Below are positions 38,203 to 47,126 of a DNA stretch of 49,453 bases, piece after piece. The notes below the pieces were generated by a model that was not told the DNA's origin, made no database searches, and was given only the letters and a program-made list of their open reading frames with translations. Each line of letters starts with the position of its first letter. Position 1 is the stretch's first letter. Position numbers and translations under genes: made by a program. This stretch comes from an uncultured Algoriphagus sp. (GTDB lineage: Bacteria; Bacteroidota; Bacteroidia; Cytophagales; Cyclobacteriaceae), in the NCBI GenBank assembly GCA_963926065.1, contig CAWUWQ010000150.1, positions 1 through 49,453 of the forward strand, written 5' to 3'.

Positions 38203-39054
38203 TTACTTCGTTTTGAATGTCCAGACCGGACGCGTGGCATGATTGACCACATCTTCAGCTATACTACCTGTGATTAAATGTAAAAATCCTGTCCTACCAT
38301 GCGTAATCATAGCAATTAGATCTGCATTTACATCTTCTGCAAATTCAATAATACCAGTTTCCTCCGAACTTGAATTATAAATCTCAGCGGTGACATTACT
38401 AAAATCAAATTTGTTTGCAAAGACTCGAATTCGTTTGATGGATTCGCGGCTAGTTTCAAAATTTCCAGGAGTATTTATGACCACGAAATAAAGTTCTGCT
38501 CCCAATAGATGTTGAAGTCGTTTCATGCCATCTGCTATTTCAACGTTATCTTCCCGGAAATCACTGGCAAAAACAATTTTTTTCAAATCCTTGGGATCAA
38601 CTGCTGACTTTATTGTAATCACAGGACAAATTGCAGTGCGGACGACTTTTTCAGTATTACTCCCGATCAGCACTTCTTCCACACCACTGGAACCTTTGGA
38701 ACCCATAATTACCAAATCAGGATTCTCTTCATTAATAGATTCTGATATTCCTTTGAAGGCATTTCCCAGTTTGATGTTCGCGGAGAAAGTGAAATTTGAG
38801 TCTGCATATTTCGCTTTTAGCTCCTCGATCTGGACTTTTCTTCTATTCATCAGTTCGATGAAGAAAATTTGATTCTCCATATCAGGCATCATTTCACCAC
38901 CTCCCATGGTTCCCATTGTCGTTGATGTAGGGGTTTCCATAACATGGAGTACTTCTATATGCACATAGTCAAACTTGTCTGCGATAGCTGTAGAAAAGTT
39001 TAGGGCATTTTGAGCTTGCTCAGAAAAGTCGAATGGGACGAGGATCTTGGTCAT
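38203..39054 (-). CDS. Universal stress protein (tandem Usp domains)
   Basis: KILVPFDFS, VIMGSKGSSG...GSNTEKVV, GSIAEDVV. Confidence 0.93.
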   Translation of the reverse strand: MTKILVPFDFSEQAQNALNFSTAIADKFDYVHIEVLHVMETPTSTTMGTMGGGEMMPDMENQIFFIELMNRRKVQIEELKAKYADSNFTFSANIKLGNAFKGISESINEENPDLVIMGSKGSSGVEEVLIGSNTEKVVRTAICPVITIKSAVDPKDLKKIVFASDFREDNVEIADGMKRLQHLLGAELYFVVINTPGNFETSRESIKRIRVFANKFDFSNVTAEIYNSSSEETGIIEFAEDVNADLIAMITHGRTGFLHLITGSIAEDVVNHATRPVWTFKTK

Positions 39055-39226
39055 GATTTTGGTCTTTAGTTCCTACAAATTACTTGAAAAAGGAAAATAA
39101 AAAAAGGACTATTCTCAGGTTTTAGCTTAAAACCCGTATGCAAGGCCTTTAAGCAAAGAGGATTTCGTCTGAAAATCTAAGAATACAAATTATTTTTTAA
39201 GTTGATATTCCAGACCCCTATGTTTC

Positions 39227-40174
39227 TTAGGGTGATAAAAAAATCAAACCTATTCCAAATAAAACTGTCCATAGAAGCGTACTCAAAGCCATTTTCTTTA
39301 GATATGGATCAATTTTTTTGGATTCTTTTCCATTTTGAACACCCAAAGCTACAGCGATCATAATCGGCATGGCGAGTAAGGCCAAAAGGGCGCCCCAAGA
39401 GTCGCTGATCCACACAAAAACGATCAATGAGCAATTTCCGCCTAGGATCAGAAACCAATTGTAAAGATTCGCGGCTTTTTTTCCGATTCGAACTGGAATG
39501 GACTTTTTACCTGCAGAAAAATCAGATTCGATATCTCGGATATTGTTGATGTTAAGTACCGCGGTACTAAATAGTCCAAGAGCAATGGCGATCCAAATTC
39601 CAGAAAGATTCAGTGTCAAACTGTGAAGAAAGAAGGTGCCAAATACTCCCAAAATACCAAAGAAGATGAAAACTGAGATATCACCTAATCCAGCGTAGCC
39701 ATAAGGGTTACTTCCTGAAGTATAGGTGATTGCAGCCCAAATCGAAGCTAAACCCAAACTGAGGAAGATCAGGAAAAGGGTCATGCTTTGGACTGCAACA
39801 AAAAGCAGCAGCAAACCGGATATCAGCGATAAGGCTCCAAAAAGGTACATGGCTTTTTTCATTTCAAGCAGAGAGATCAAGCCTGACTGAACTGCTCGGA
39901 TTGGACCTTGTCTATCAGCATGATCAGCGCCATTTATGGTGTCCCCGTAATCATTGGAAAGGTTCGAGAGAATTTGAAGAAAGATCGTCGTCAAGGCAGC
40001 GAGAACTAGAATCTCCCAGCGAAAAATATTGAAATTAGCTGCCAAAAATGATCCGGCAAGAATACTAGCTAAGGCGAGGGGTAAAGTTCGAAGCCTGATT
40101 GCGTGCAACCAGGCCTCTTTTTTTGTTTGAATACTATCTTTCACAGATTTGGAAGGAGTCTCAGACTCCGACAA
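39227..40174 (-). CDS. menA: 1,4-dihydroxy-2-naphthoate prenyltransferase
   Basis: RLRTLP, NDYGD, YGYAGLGD, NNIRDIESD..GKKS. Confidence 0.94.
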   Translation of the reverse strand: MSESETPSKSVKDSIQTKKEAWLHAIRLRTLPLALASILAGSFLAANFNIFRWEILVLAALTTIFLQILSNLSNDYGDTINGADHADRQGPIRAVQSGLISLLEMKKAMYLFGALSLISGLLLLFVAVQSMTLFLIFLSLGLASIWAAITYTSGSNPYGYAGLGDISVFIFFGILGVFGTFFLHSLTLNLSGIWIAIALGLFSTAVLNINNIRDIESDFSAGKKSIPVRIGKKAANLYNWFLILGGNCSLIVFVWISDSWGALLALLAMPIMIAVALGVQNGKESKKIDPYLKKMALSTLLWTVLFGIGLIFLSP

Positions 40175-40748
40175 AGTTTAAGATTTCCTCATCTAGCGGC
40201 GCTACGGATGAAGGTAAGAACTTGATCAATTCACCTTTCTCATCAATCAGGTATTTACAAAAATTCCAGCCTGGCTCTTCATTATTCCAACCGTTCAATT
40301 TTGAATCAGAAAGCCAGCGATAGAGGGGATGCTTGTCAAATCCTTTAACCGAAACTTTCTCAAACATTGGAAAAGTAACTCCGAATTCTGTCGTACAAAA
40401 CTCTTTGATCTCCTCGTTTGAGCCAGGTTCCTGCCCACCAAAGTTATTGGCAGGAAAACCTAAAATCACGATTTTATTTCCGTATTGCTCATTTAATTCT
40501 TGAAGTGCGGCATATTGCTTGGTGTAGCCACATTTGGAAGCGACATTGACAATCATGATTTTTTTGCCTTTGAAGCTATTGAAATCAACTTCTTGACCGT
40601 TGATGTCCTTGATTTTGAAATCGTAGAAAGTGTTTTCCATTGTGGTAGTTTGGTTCGTTAGGCTTACCGATTCTAAGCTATCAGGCCGTGTGGCTGATTG
40701 CTGGCAAGCAAAGAAGATAACTGAGATAAGTAGGAGTAGGTTTTTCAT
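40161..40748 (-). CDS. Glutathione peroxidase family lipoprotein (Cys type)
   Basis: Lipobox FFAC; NVASKCG, GFPANNFGGQEPG, WNF-x-KYL. Confidence 0.93.
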   Translation of the reverse strand: MKNLLLLISVIFFACQQSATRPDSLESVSLTNQTTTMENTFYDFKIKDINGQEVDFNSFKGKKIMIVNVASKCGYTKQYAALQELNEQYGNKIVILGFPANNFGGQEPGSNEEIKEFCTTEFGVTFPMFEKVSVKGFDKHPLYRWLSDSKLNGWNNEEPGWNFCKYLIDEKGELIKFLPSSVAPLDEEILNFVGV

Positions 40749-40749
40749 A

Positions 40750-42540
40750 TTACATTCGGTCTGGGACATTGATGCCAAGTAAACTCATGCCTTTTTTTAT
40801 TGTTTTAGCTGTAAGATCAGAAAGTGCTACTCGGAATGCTAGAATAGCTTCATCGTTTTCCAGAAATATAGGCAGATCAGCATAGAAACGGTTGTATTCT
40901 TTTGCCAAATCAAATAGGTACTGTGCTAAAACTGAAGGGGAATATTCCTGTCCTGCCAGCTCAATCTTCTTTTCAAAATCATTAAGTATAAAGATCAATG
41001 CCGCTTCAGAATCCTCGAGTTTTGGGACTTTACTGAAATCTACCGCATGATAATCTACTCCAATCATACTAGCTTTTCGAAGGATAGAAGCGATTCGGGC
41101 ATGCGAATATTGTATAAACGGGCCTGTATTTCCTTGGAATTCGATTGATTCCTTTGGGTTGAAAAGCATTCGTTTTTTAGGATCAACCTTCAATAAGAAA
41201 TACTTCAAAGCACCTAAACCAAGCATTTCGTATAGTTCAGCTGCCTGTTCCGGATTGAATCCTTCGATTTTGCCTAGTTCTTTGGTGTGGCTTTCAGCCG
41301 TATCAACCATTTCCTGCATCAATTCATCAGCATCCACCACGGTTCCTTCCCTGGATTTCATTTTTCCCGTAGGAAGATCGACCATGCCATAGGAAAGGTG
41401 GTAGAGTCCGTCTCCGTAAGGACGGCCTAATTTTCGCATGATCTTATACAGCACATCAAAGTGATAATCTTGCTCATTTCCAACTACATATACGGATTTG
41501 TCAATTTTGAAATCTTTATATTTCAAATCTGCTGTGCCCATATCTTGGGTAATGTATACCGAAGTACCGTCACCTCGTAAAACTAACTTTTCGTCTAGTC
41601 CTTCAGCAGTTAAATCAACCCAAACAGAACCATTTTCTTTCTTAAAGAAAACACCTTTTGAAAGACCTTCCTCAACAATGTCTTTTCCCAAAAGATAGGT
41701 GTCTGACTCGTAATAAAATTTATCGAAATCAACCCCCATTCGCTCATAGGTATTTTCGAATCCGGTATAGACCCATTCGTTCATCCGTTTCCAGAGTGAT
41801 ACTACTTCCTCGTCATTGGCTTCCCATTGACGCAGCATTTCCTGAGCTTCCAAAATGATAGGGGCAGTTTTTTTTGCATCATCTTCAGATTGGCCTGAAG
41901 CAACTAGCTCAGCGATTTGTTTTTTGTATTCTTGGTCAAAAAGGACATAGTATTTTCCCGCCAAGTGATCTCCTTTTAATCCAGAGCTTTCAGGAGTTTC
42001 GGAATTTCCAAAGTGCTGGTAAGCGACCATAGATTTACAAATATGGATCCCACGATCGTTTACTAGATTAGCTTTAATTACCTCATAGCCATTTGCTTTA
42101 AGGATTTCAGCCACAGAGTAGCCAAGGAAATTATTCCTTAAATGTCCTAGGTGAAGTGGTTTATTAGTATTTGGAGAGGAATACTCGACCATTACTTTTT
42201 GACCGTTAGCAGGAAGTTGTCCAAAATTTTTATTGTCAAAAAGCTGCTGAAACACACCAAGCCAAATCTGATTGTTTAATTCCAAATTCAGAAAGCCTTT
42301 GACCACGTTGAAGCCAGCGACTTCAGCGACATTTTCTTTAAGATATGAGCCTAGTTGGTTTGCAGTATTCTCTGGTGTGGTCTGAGAAATTTTCAAAAAA
42401 GGAAAAACCACAAAAGTATAGGTTCCTTCAAATTCCTTTCTAGTAGGGGCCAATGCCAATTGATCCAAAGAGATATCGGCATTGAAAATGTTCTGAAATG
42501 CAAGCTGAATGCCTGAGATTATTGATTCTTGTATGTTCAT
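40750..42540 (-). CDS. argS: Arginine--tRNA ligase
   Basis: VEYSSPN...HLGH, GKMKSREG, GPFIQYSHARI. Confidence 0.98.
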   Translation of the reverse strand: MNIQESIISGIQLAFQNIFNADISLDQLALAPTRKEFEGTYTFVVFPFLKISQTTPENTANQLGSYLKENVAEVAGFNVVKGFLNLELNNQIWLGVFQQLFDNKNFGQLPANGQKVMVEYSSPNTNKPLHLGHLRNNFLGYSVAEILKANGYEVIKANLVNDRGIHICKSMVAYQHFGNSETPESSGLKGDHLAGKYYVLFDQEYKKQIAELVASGQSEDDAKKTAPIILEAQEMLRQWEANDEEVVSLWKRMNEWVYTGFENTYERMGVDFDKFYYESDTYLLGKDIVEEGLSKGVFFKKENGSVWVDLTAEGLDEKLVLRGDGTSVYITQDMGTADLKYKDFKIDKSVYVVGNEQDYHFDVLYKIMRKLGRPYGDGLYHLSYGMVDLPTGKMKSREGTVVDADELMQEMVDTAESHTKELGKIEGFNPEQAAELYEMLGLGALKYFLLKVDPKKRMLFNPKESIEFQGNTGPFIQYSHARIASILRKASMIGVDYHAVDFSKVPKLEDSEAALIFILNDFEKKIELAGQEYSPSVLAQYLFDLAKEYNRFYADLPIFLENDEAILAFRVALSDLTAKTIKKGMSLLGINVPDRM

Positions 42541-42560
42541 TTTAAATTTTACTAAAATAG

Positions 42561-42596
42561 AATTTTAAACCGCAAAGAGCGCAAAGTTACACAAAG
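42561..42596 (+). repeat. Left inverted arm flanking the GxxExxY gene
   Basis: AATTTTAAACCGCAAAGAGCGCAAAGTTACACAAAG; 28/36 identical to the reverse complement of 43018-43053. Confidence 0.85.
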
Positions 42597-42603
42597 TATG
42601 ATT

Positions 42604-43014
42604 TTAGAACTGTCTTGGGCCTTTTGATAATATCACTCTTTTGATTCCGGATTTCATTTGCGATACATTAAAATTTAGGATTAGACCCAATTTAAAATTC
42701 CCCATTTTCAAATAATTTAGTGCTTGAGCTACGTGGACATTGGTAATCTCTTTTACGGATTTCAATTCTAAGACTAGCTTCTTTTCAACCAAGAGATCGA
42801 TTTTATATCCTAAGTCAAGATAGATTTCGTCAATTTGGACAGGCATTGATTTTTCTATTTCTACTGAAAGGCCTTCCTTTAAAAGCTTGTGATGAAGAAC
42901 TTGCTTGTAAACATTTTCTAATAAACCAGGCCCCAATTGATTGTGAACATCAATAGCGACTCCAATAACTATTTTACTGAGTTTGTCTTCCGAAAAAAAA
43001 CTGAAATCTTCCAT
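42604..43014 (-). CDS. GxxExxY protein (PD-(D/E)XK-like nuclease fold)
   Basis: LGPGLLENVY motif; IDLLVE...LELKS; AQALNYL; GLILNF. Confidence 0.93.
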   Translation of the reverse strand: MEDFSFFSEDKLSKIVIGVAIDVHNQLGPGLLENVYKQVLHHKLLKEGLSVEIEKSMPVQIDEIYLDLGYKIDLLVEKKLVLELKSVKEITNVHVAQALNYLKMGNFKLGLILNFNVSQMKSGIKRVILSKGPRQF

Positions 43015-43017
43015 TCC

Positions 43018-43053
43018 CTTTGCGCTCCTTGGCGTCCTTTGCGGTTTGAAATT
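43018..43053 (-). repeat. Right inverted arm flanking the GxxExxY gene
   Basis: Minus strand AATTTCAAACCGCAAAGGACGCCAAGGAGCGCAAAG, ending 3 nt before the ATG. Confidence 0.85.
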
Positions 43054-43073
43054 TTTTATTGAGGATGCTAAAA

Positions 43074-44024
43074 TTAAAAATTTTCAACCAACGAATTGGT
43101 TGTGATTTCCAAAACTTCAAATGCAGCTTCAGCCATGGTGTTTTCATTGTCAAGTGTTGGATTTACTTCGACGATTTCCCAACAGCAGACTCGCTTATCC
43201 ATTATCAATTCAGCATTCAGTTGAATTGCTTCTTCCAAAGTCAATCCATTCGGTACTGGAGTGCCAGTTCCCATAGAAATAGAACTATCTAAGCTGTCTA
43301 CATCAAAAGAAATGTAAATTTGATCACAGTCTTTCAATAACTCCAAAGTCTCTTTTGCGATATGGCTGATTCCTTTGGTCCTAACCTCACTTGTTTTGAA
43401 GTTTTTGATATTATGAGTTTTGATCAAGTAATTTTCAGGCTCTTCAGTATCACGAACTGAGATAAAGACTATATCGCTTGGAAGGATTTTAGGAAAATCC
43501 CCTCCGATAGTTTTGATTTTTTCCCAATAGGTGATAGTTTCCTCAGAAGGTTCATTCACTTTGCAGTCCAAGTTGTCTAATTGGGTGACCATAGCCAGAG
43601 GCATGCCATGCATATTACCAGAGGGTGTTGTATAAGGAGTATGCAAATCTGCATGCGCATCAATCCAAATAACTCCTAGTCGTTTTTTTGGTTCTGCAGA
43701 CTTAATCCCCATGATAGTGCCTGCTGCAGTACTATGATCTCCAGCCAAAATGATTGGAAATTTCTTCTCCATTCGAAGCGACTCCACTGTAGAATACACG
43801 TTTTTCAGTACTTGATAGACTCCATCTATGTATTTTGCGTTGGGAAATTTGTTCCCTTTCCAAAGAAAATTATTGGCATCAGGGACATTAATTGGGTCAA
43901 ACTGAGTAAAGAAATTTGATTTTTTATCCAGACTGGCAATTTTTAAAGCATCGATACCTAAGCTTGCACCTCGTGTTCCAGCAGCAATTTCGGATCGTAC
44001 TTCTACTAATTTGATATCACGCAT
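43074..44024 (-). CDS. rocF: Arginase
   Basis: GDHS, DAHADLHT, SGNMHGMP, SFDVDSLD, EVNP; TACTTTTG promoter element at 44065-44072. Confidence 0.92.
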   Translation of the reverse strand: MRDIKLVEVRSEIAAGTRGASLGIDALKIASLDKKSNFFTQFDPINVPDANNFLWKGNKFPNAKYIDGVYQVLKNVYSTVESLRMEKKFPIILAGDHSTAAGTIMGIKSAEPKKRLGVIWIDAHADLHTPYTTPSGNMHGMPLAMVTQLDNLDCKVNEPSEETITYWEKIKTIGGDFPKILPSDIVFISVRDTEEPENYLIKTHNIKNFKTSEVRTKGISHIAKETLELLKDCDQIYISFDVDSLDSSISMGTGTPVPNGLTLEEAIQLNAELIMDKRVCCWEIVEVNPTLDNENTMAEAAFEVLEITTNSLVENF

Positions 44025-44226
44025 TTAGGGCTTCTTTAGGTTAAATTTGGGTGCTTTAGTTGTGCAAAAGTAGGGAAATTTGGCTGAAATGTATAGTGCC
44101 AATGCCAGCGTGGATTGTTGTGTAAAACGATAGAAAAATTCAAATTTTAACCAAAAGATAAGATTTGAATGAATTCAGACTATTTTTAAATTGTACTTTA
44201 ACCTTAGACTAAAAGAAATATCATCC

Positions 44227-45378
44227 ATGTTAATTGAATCCAAGTTGCCTGAAGTAGGAACCACCATTTTTACCATCATGTCCAAACTGGCTTTAGACCA
44301 TCATGCGATTAATCTCTCGCAGGGCTTTCCGGGATTTAATTCACCAAAGGAATTACTAGAATTAGTCACCACGCACATGCGATTGGGAAATAACCAATAT
44401 GCACCCATGAGTGGGGTTCCGATTTTGAGACAGCGGATAGCTGAGAAGGTTCGGTCAGAAACTGGAATCAGCTATAATGAAGAAGAAGAGATTACAGTTG
44501 TCTCTGGAGCTACTGAAGCAATATTCTCGGCGATTACCGCTACTATCCGGCCAGGAGATGAGGTGATTGTCTTAGAACCAGCTTATGATCTGTATGTCCC
44601 CGCCATTCAACTTTGCGGTGGAATTCCGGTGTTTGTTTCGCTGAATATGCCTGATTTCTCTGTGAATTGGGAAAAGCTAAAATCAGCTGTAACGAAAAAA
44701 ACGAGGATGATCATGGTCAACACACCTCATAATCCCGGAGGCTATGTTTGGACACAAGAGGATATAGATAATTTGGCTGCACTGATCGAATCGACAAATA
44801 TTCTGGTAGTTTCTGATGAAGTCTATGAGCATATCACGTTTGACGGGCGACCACATTTGTCACTGATGACTCATCCTGTTTTGCGGGAGCGAACCTTTGT
44901 CTGTTGTTCTTTTGGGAAGACCTTTCACGTAACAGGCTGGAAAGTAGGTTACTGTTTGGCTCCAAGAAAGCTGACTGAAGAATTTAGAAAAGTCCATCAA
45001 TTTGTCACATTTAGTACACCGACGCCATTCCAATATGCTTTGGCAGATTACATCCAAGACCCTTCGACTTATCAATCCCTTCCGAAATTCTATCAGCAAA
45101 AGCGTGATTTGTTTTGTGAAGGACTGGAAACTACAGATTTCACCTTTACACCAGCTCAAGGAAGTTTTTTTCAGTTGGTATCTTACAAACATCTTTCTAA
45201 TGAGTCAGATTTGATTTTGGCAAAACGATTGACCACTGGTCATGGAGTAGCTTGTATTCCGATCTCGGTTTTTTTCCAAGATAAAACGGATCATAAAATT
45301 CTCCGATTCTGCTTTGCGAAAAATGATTCAGAGTTGTTTGATGGATTAAATCGTCTAATGAAGAATCCTATTTTTTAA
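44227..45378 (+). CDS. Class I/II PLP aminotransferase (YbdL/methionine aminotransferase-like)
   Basis: SKLPEVGTTIF, NLSQGFP, SDEVYE, SFGKTFHVTGWKVG. Confidence 0.9.
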   Translation: MLIESKLPEVGTTIFTIMSKLALDHHAINLSQGFPGFNSPKELLELVTTHMRLGNNQYAPMSGVPILRQRIAEKVRSETGISYNEEEEITVVSGATEAIFSAITATIRPGDEVIVLEPAYDLYVPAIQLCGGIPVFVSLNMPDFSVNWEKLKSAVTKKTRMIMVNTPHNPGGYVWTQEDIDNLAALIESTNILVVSDEVYEHITFDGRPHLSLMTHPVLRERTFVCCSFGKTFHVTGWKVGYCLAPRKLTEEFRKVHQFVTFSTPTPFQYALADYIQDPSTYQSLPKFYQQKRDLFCEGLETTDFTFTPAQGSFFQLVSYKHLSNESDLILAKRLTTGHGVACIPISVFFQDKTDHKILRFCFAKNDSELFDGLNRLMKNPIF

Positions 45379-45586
45379 AGTTGAAATTATAACTCTTTAA
45401 GTAAAGCTTTCCGATTGAGGATTCCAGTTGATTTTACAGCTGATAGCTAAGCTTATGTAGATTAAGTGTTTTTAAATTTTTTGATAAAAAAAGGAACAGA
45501 CTTTGGGTATTTATGTTGATTCGTTTGAATTACCTCAATAAAATAGCAATTTTTGCACAGCTTTAATTATTCACAAACCAACGCGA

Positions 45587-46975
45587 ATGAATTCCTATAA
45601 AGAACTGATCCAACAGACTTTTGACTTTCCTACCAAAGAATTTCATGTAGAGAATAATCAATTATTCTTCAATGGAGTAAACCTCAAAGAGATTATCGAT
45701 ACTTATGGCACTCCTTTGAAGCTGACCTACTTGCCTAAGATTTCTGAAAGTATTCAGAATGCAAAGACTTATTTCAATACTGCGATTAAATCTCACGACT
45801 ACCAGAGCGATTATACTTACTGCTACTGTACGAAGTCTTCGCATTTCAGTTTTGTGCTAAATGAGGCCTTGAAAAATGACATTCATATTGAGACCTCTTC
45901 GACTTTCGATATTCCTTTGGTGCGAAGTCTTTATGAAAAGGGAAAGATCACAAAGGATAATTATATCATTTGCAATGGATTTAAGAGGACACTTTACAAA
46001 CAATATATATCTGAATTGCTCAATGATGGATTTGTAAATTGTATTCCAATTTTGGATAACATCTCCGAGATCGATTACTATTTGGAGCATGTCAAAGTTC
46101 CATTCCAAGTAGGGATCAGAATTGCCGCTGACGAGGAGCCTAAGTTTGGCTTTTACACTTCAAGACTTGGGGTTCGATACAATGATATCATAAGGCTATA
46201 CGAGGAAAAAATTAAGGATCATCCATTGGTGAGTTTAAAAATGCTTCACTTTTTTATCAATTCAGGAATTCAAGATACTGCTTACTATTGGTCTGAATTG
46301 ACTCGTTTTATCCAAAAGTATGTGGATTTGAAGAAAATCGCTCCTTCACTGGATACTATGGATATCGGAGGGGGTTGGCCAATCAAAACCAATCTATTTT
46401 TCGATTACGACTACCAATATATGGCAGATCAGATCGTCAAAAATATCAAATGGATGTGTGCAAAAAACAGCACTGTCGAACCACATATTTTCACCGAATT
46501 CGGAAGCTATACGGTAGGCGAAAGCGGAGCGGTACTCTATTCAATTTTGGATGAAAAGCTTCAAAACGATAAAGAGCTTTGGTATATGATTGATGGCTCC
46601 TTTATTACCCAATTGCCAGATAGCTGGGGTTTAAATCAGAAGTACATCATGCTCGCCATCAACAATTGGGATGAAACCTACCACAATATATCGTTGGGAG
46701 GTTTGACCTGCGATAGTATGGATTACTACAATTCTGAGGCAAATCAATACAATATTTATCTTCCAAAAATAGAGGCTGGACGCACGCAATACATTGGTTT
46801 CTTCCATACTGGAGCTTATCAAGAATCACTCGGCGGCTATGGTGGAATCCAACATTGCCTAGTTCCGGCTCCAAAACATGTCTTGATTGATCGGGATGAA
46901 GATGGAAATGTTACTCATAAACTGTTTGCAAAAGATCAAACTCAGGAAAGTATGCTGAAGACTTTGGGGTATTAA
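45587..46975 (+). CDS. speA: Arginine decarboxylase (short fold-type III, Bacteroidota type)
   Basis: YCTKS PLP lysine, ICNGFK, LHFF, DIGGG, TCDS, TGAYQE. Confidence 0.85.
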   Translation: MNSYKELIQQTFDFPTKEFHVENNQLFFNGVNLKEIIDTYGTPLKLTYLPKISESIQNAKTYFNTAIKSHDYQSDYTYCYCTKSSHFSFVLNEALKNDIHIETSSTFDIPLVRSLYEKGKITKDNYIICNGFKRTLYKQYISELLNDGFVNCIPILDNISEIDYYLEHVKVPFQVGIRIAADEEPKFGFYTSRLGVRYNDIIRLYEEKIKDHPLVSLKMLHFFINSGIQDTAYYWSELTRFIQKYVDLKKIAPSLDTMDIGGGWPIKTNLFFDYDYQYMADQIVKNIKWMCAKNSTVEPHIFTEFGSYTVGESGAVLYSILDEKLQNDKELWYMIDGSFITQLPDSWGLNQKYIMLAINNWDETYHNISLGGLTCDSMDYYNSEANQYNIYLPKIEAGRTQYIGFFHTGAYQESLGGYGGIQHCLVPAPKHVLIDRDEDGNVTHKLFAKDQTQESMLKTLGY

Positions 46976-46997
46976 TTCTGTCAATCACTAGCACCTA

Positions 46998-47043
46998 AAA
47001 AGGGTTTGAGTTTGAAAAATAGCTTAAACCCTTTTCTGTTTTT
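46998..47043 (+). terminator. Intrinsic terminator after speA
   Basis: AAAAGGGTTTGAGTT...AGCTTAAACCCTTTT followed by CTGTTTTT. Confidence 0.8.
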
Positions 47044-47126
47044 AAAGTGCAAATAGATAGGAATTAGGTTTTTTATATTTGTGGATATGCTTTTCCTTTT
47101 TGTTTTAGTACTTTGAGAAAGCAAAA

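Noticed and set aside
40161-40748. Selenocysteine glutathione peroxidase
   Set aside because: The active-site residue in NVASKCG is encoded as Cys and there is no in-frame TGA.
42561-43053. CRISPR array or classical IS interpretation of the CGCAAAG repeats
   Set aside because: There are only two arms, inverted, with no spacer series or cas genes, and the ORF lacks DDE or HUH transposase motifs.
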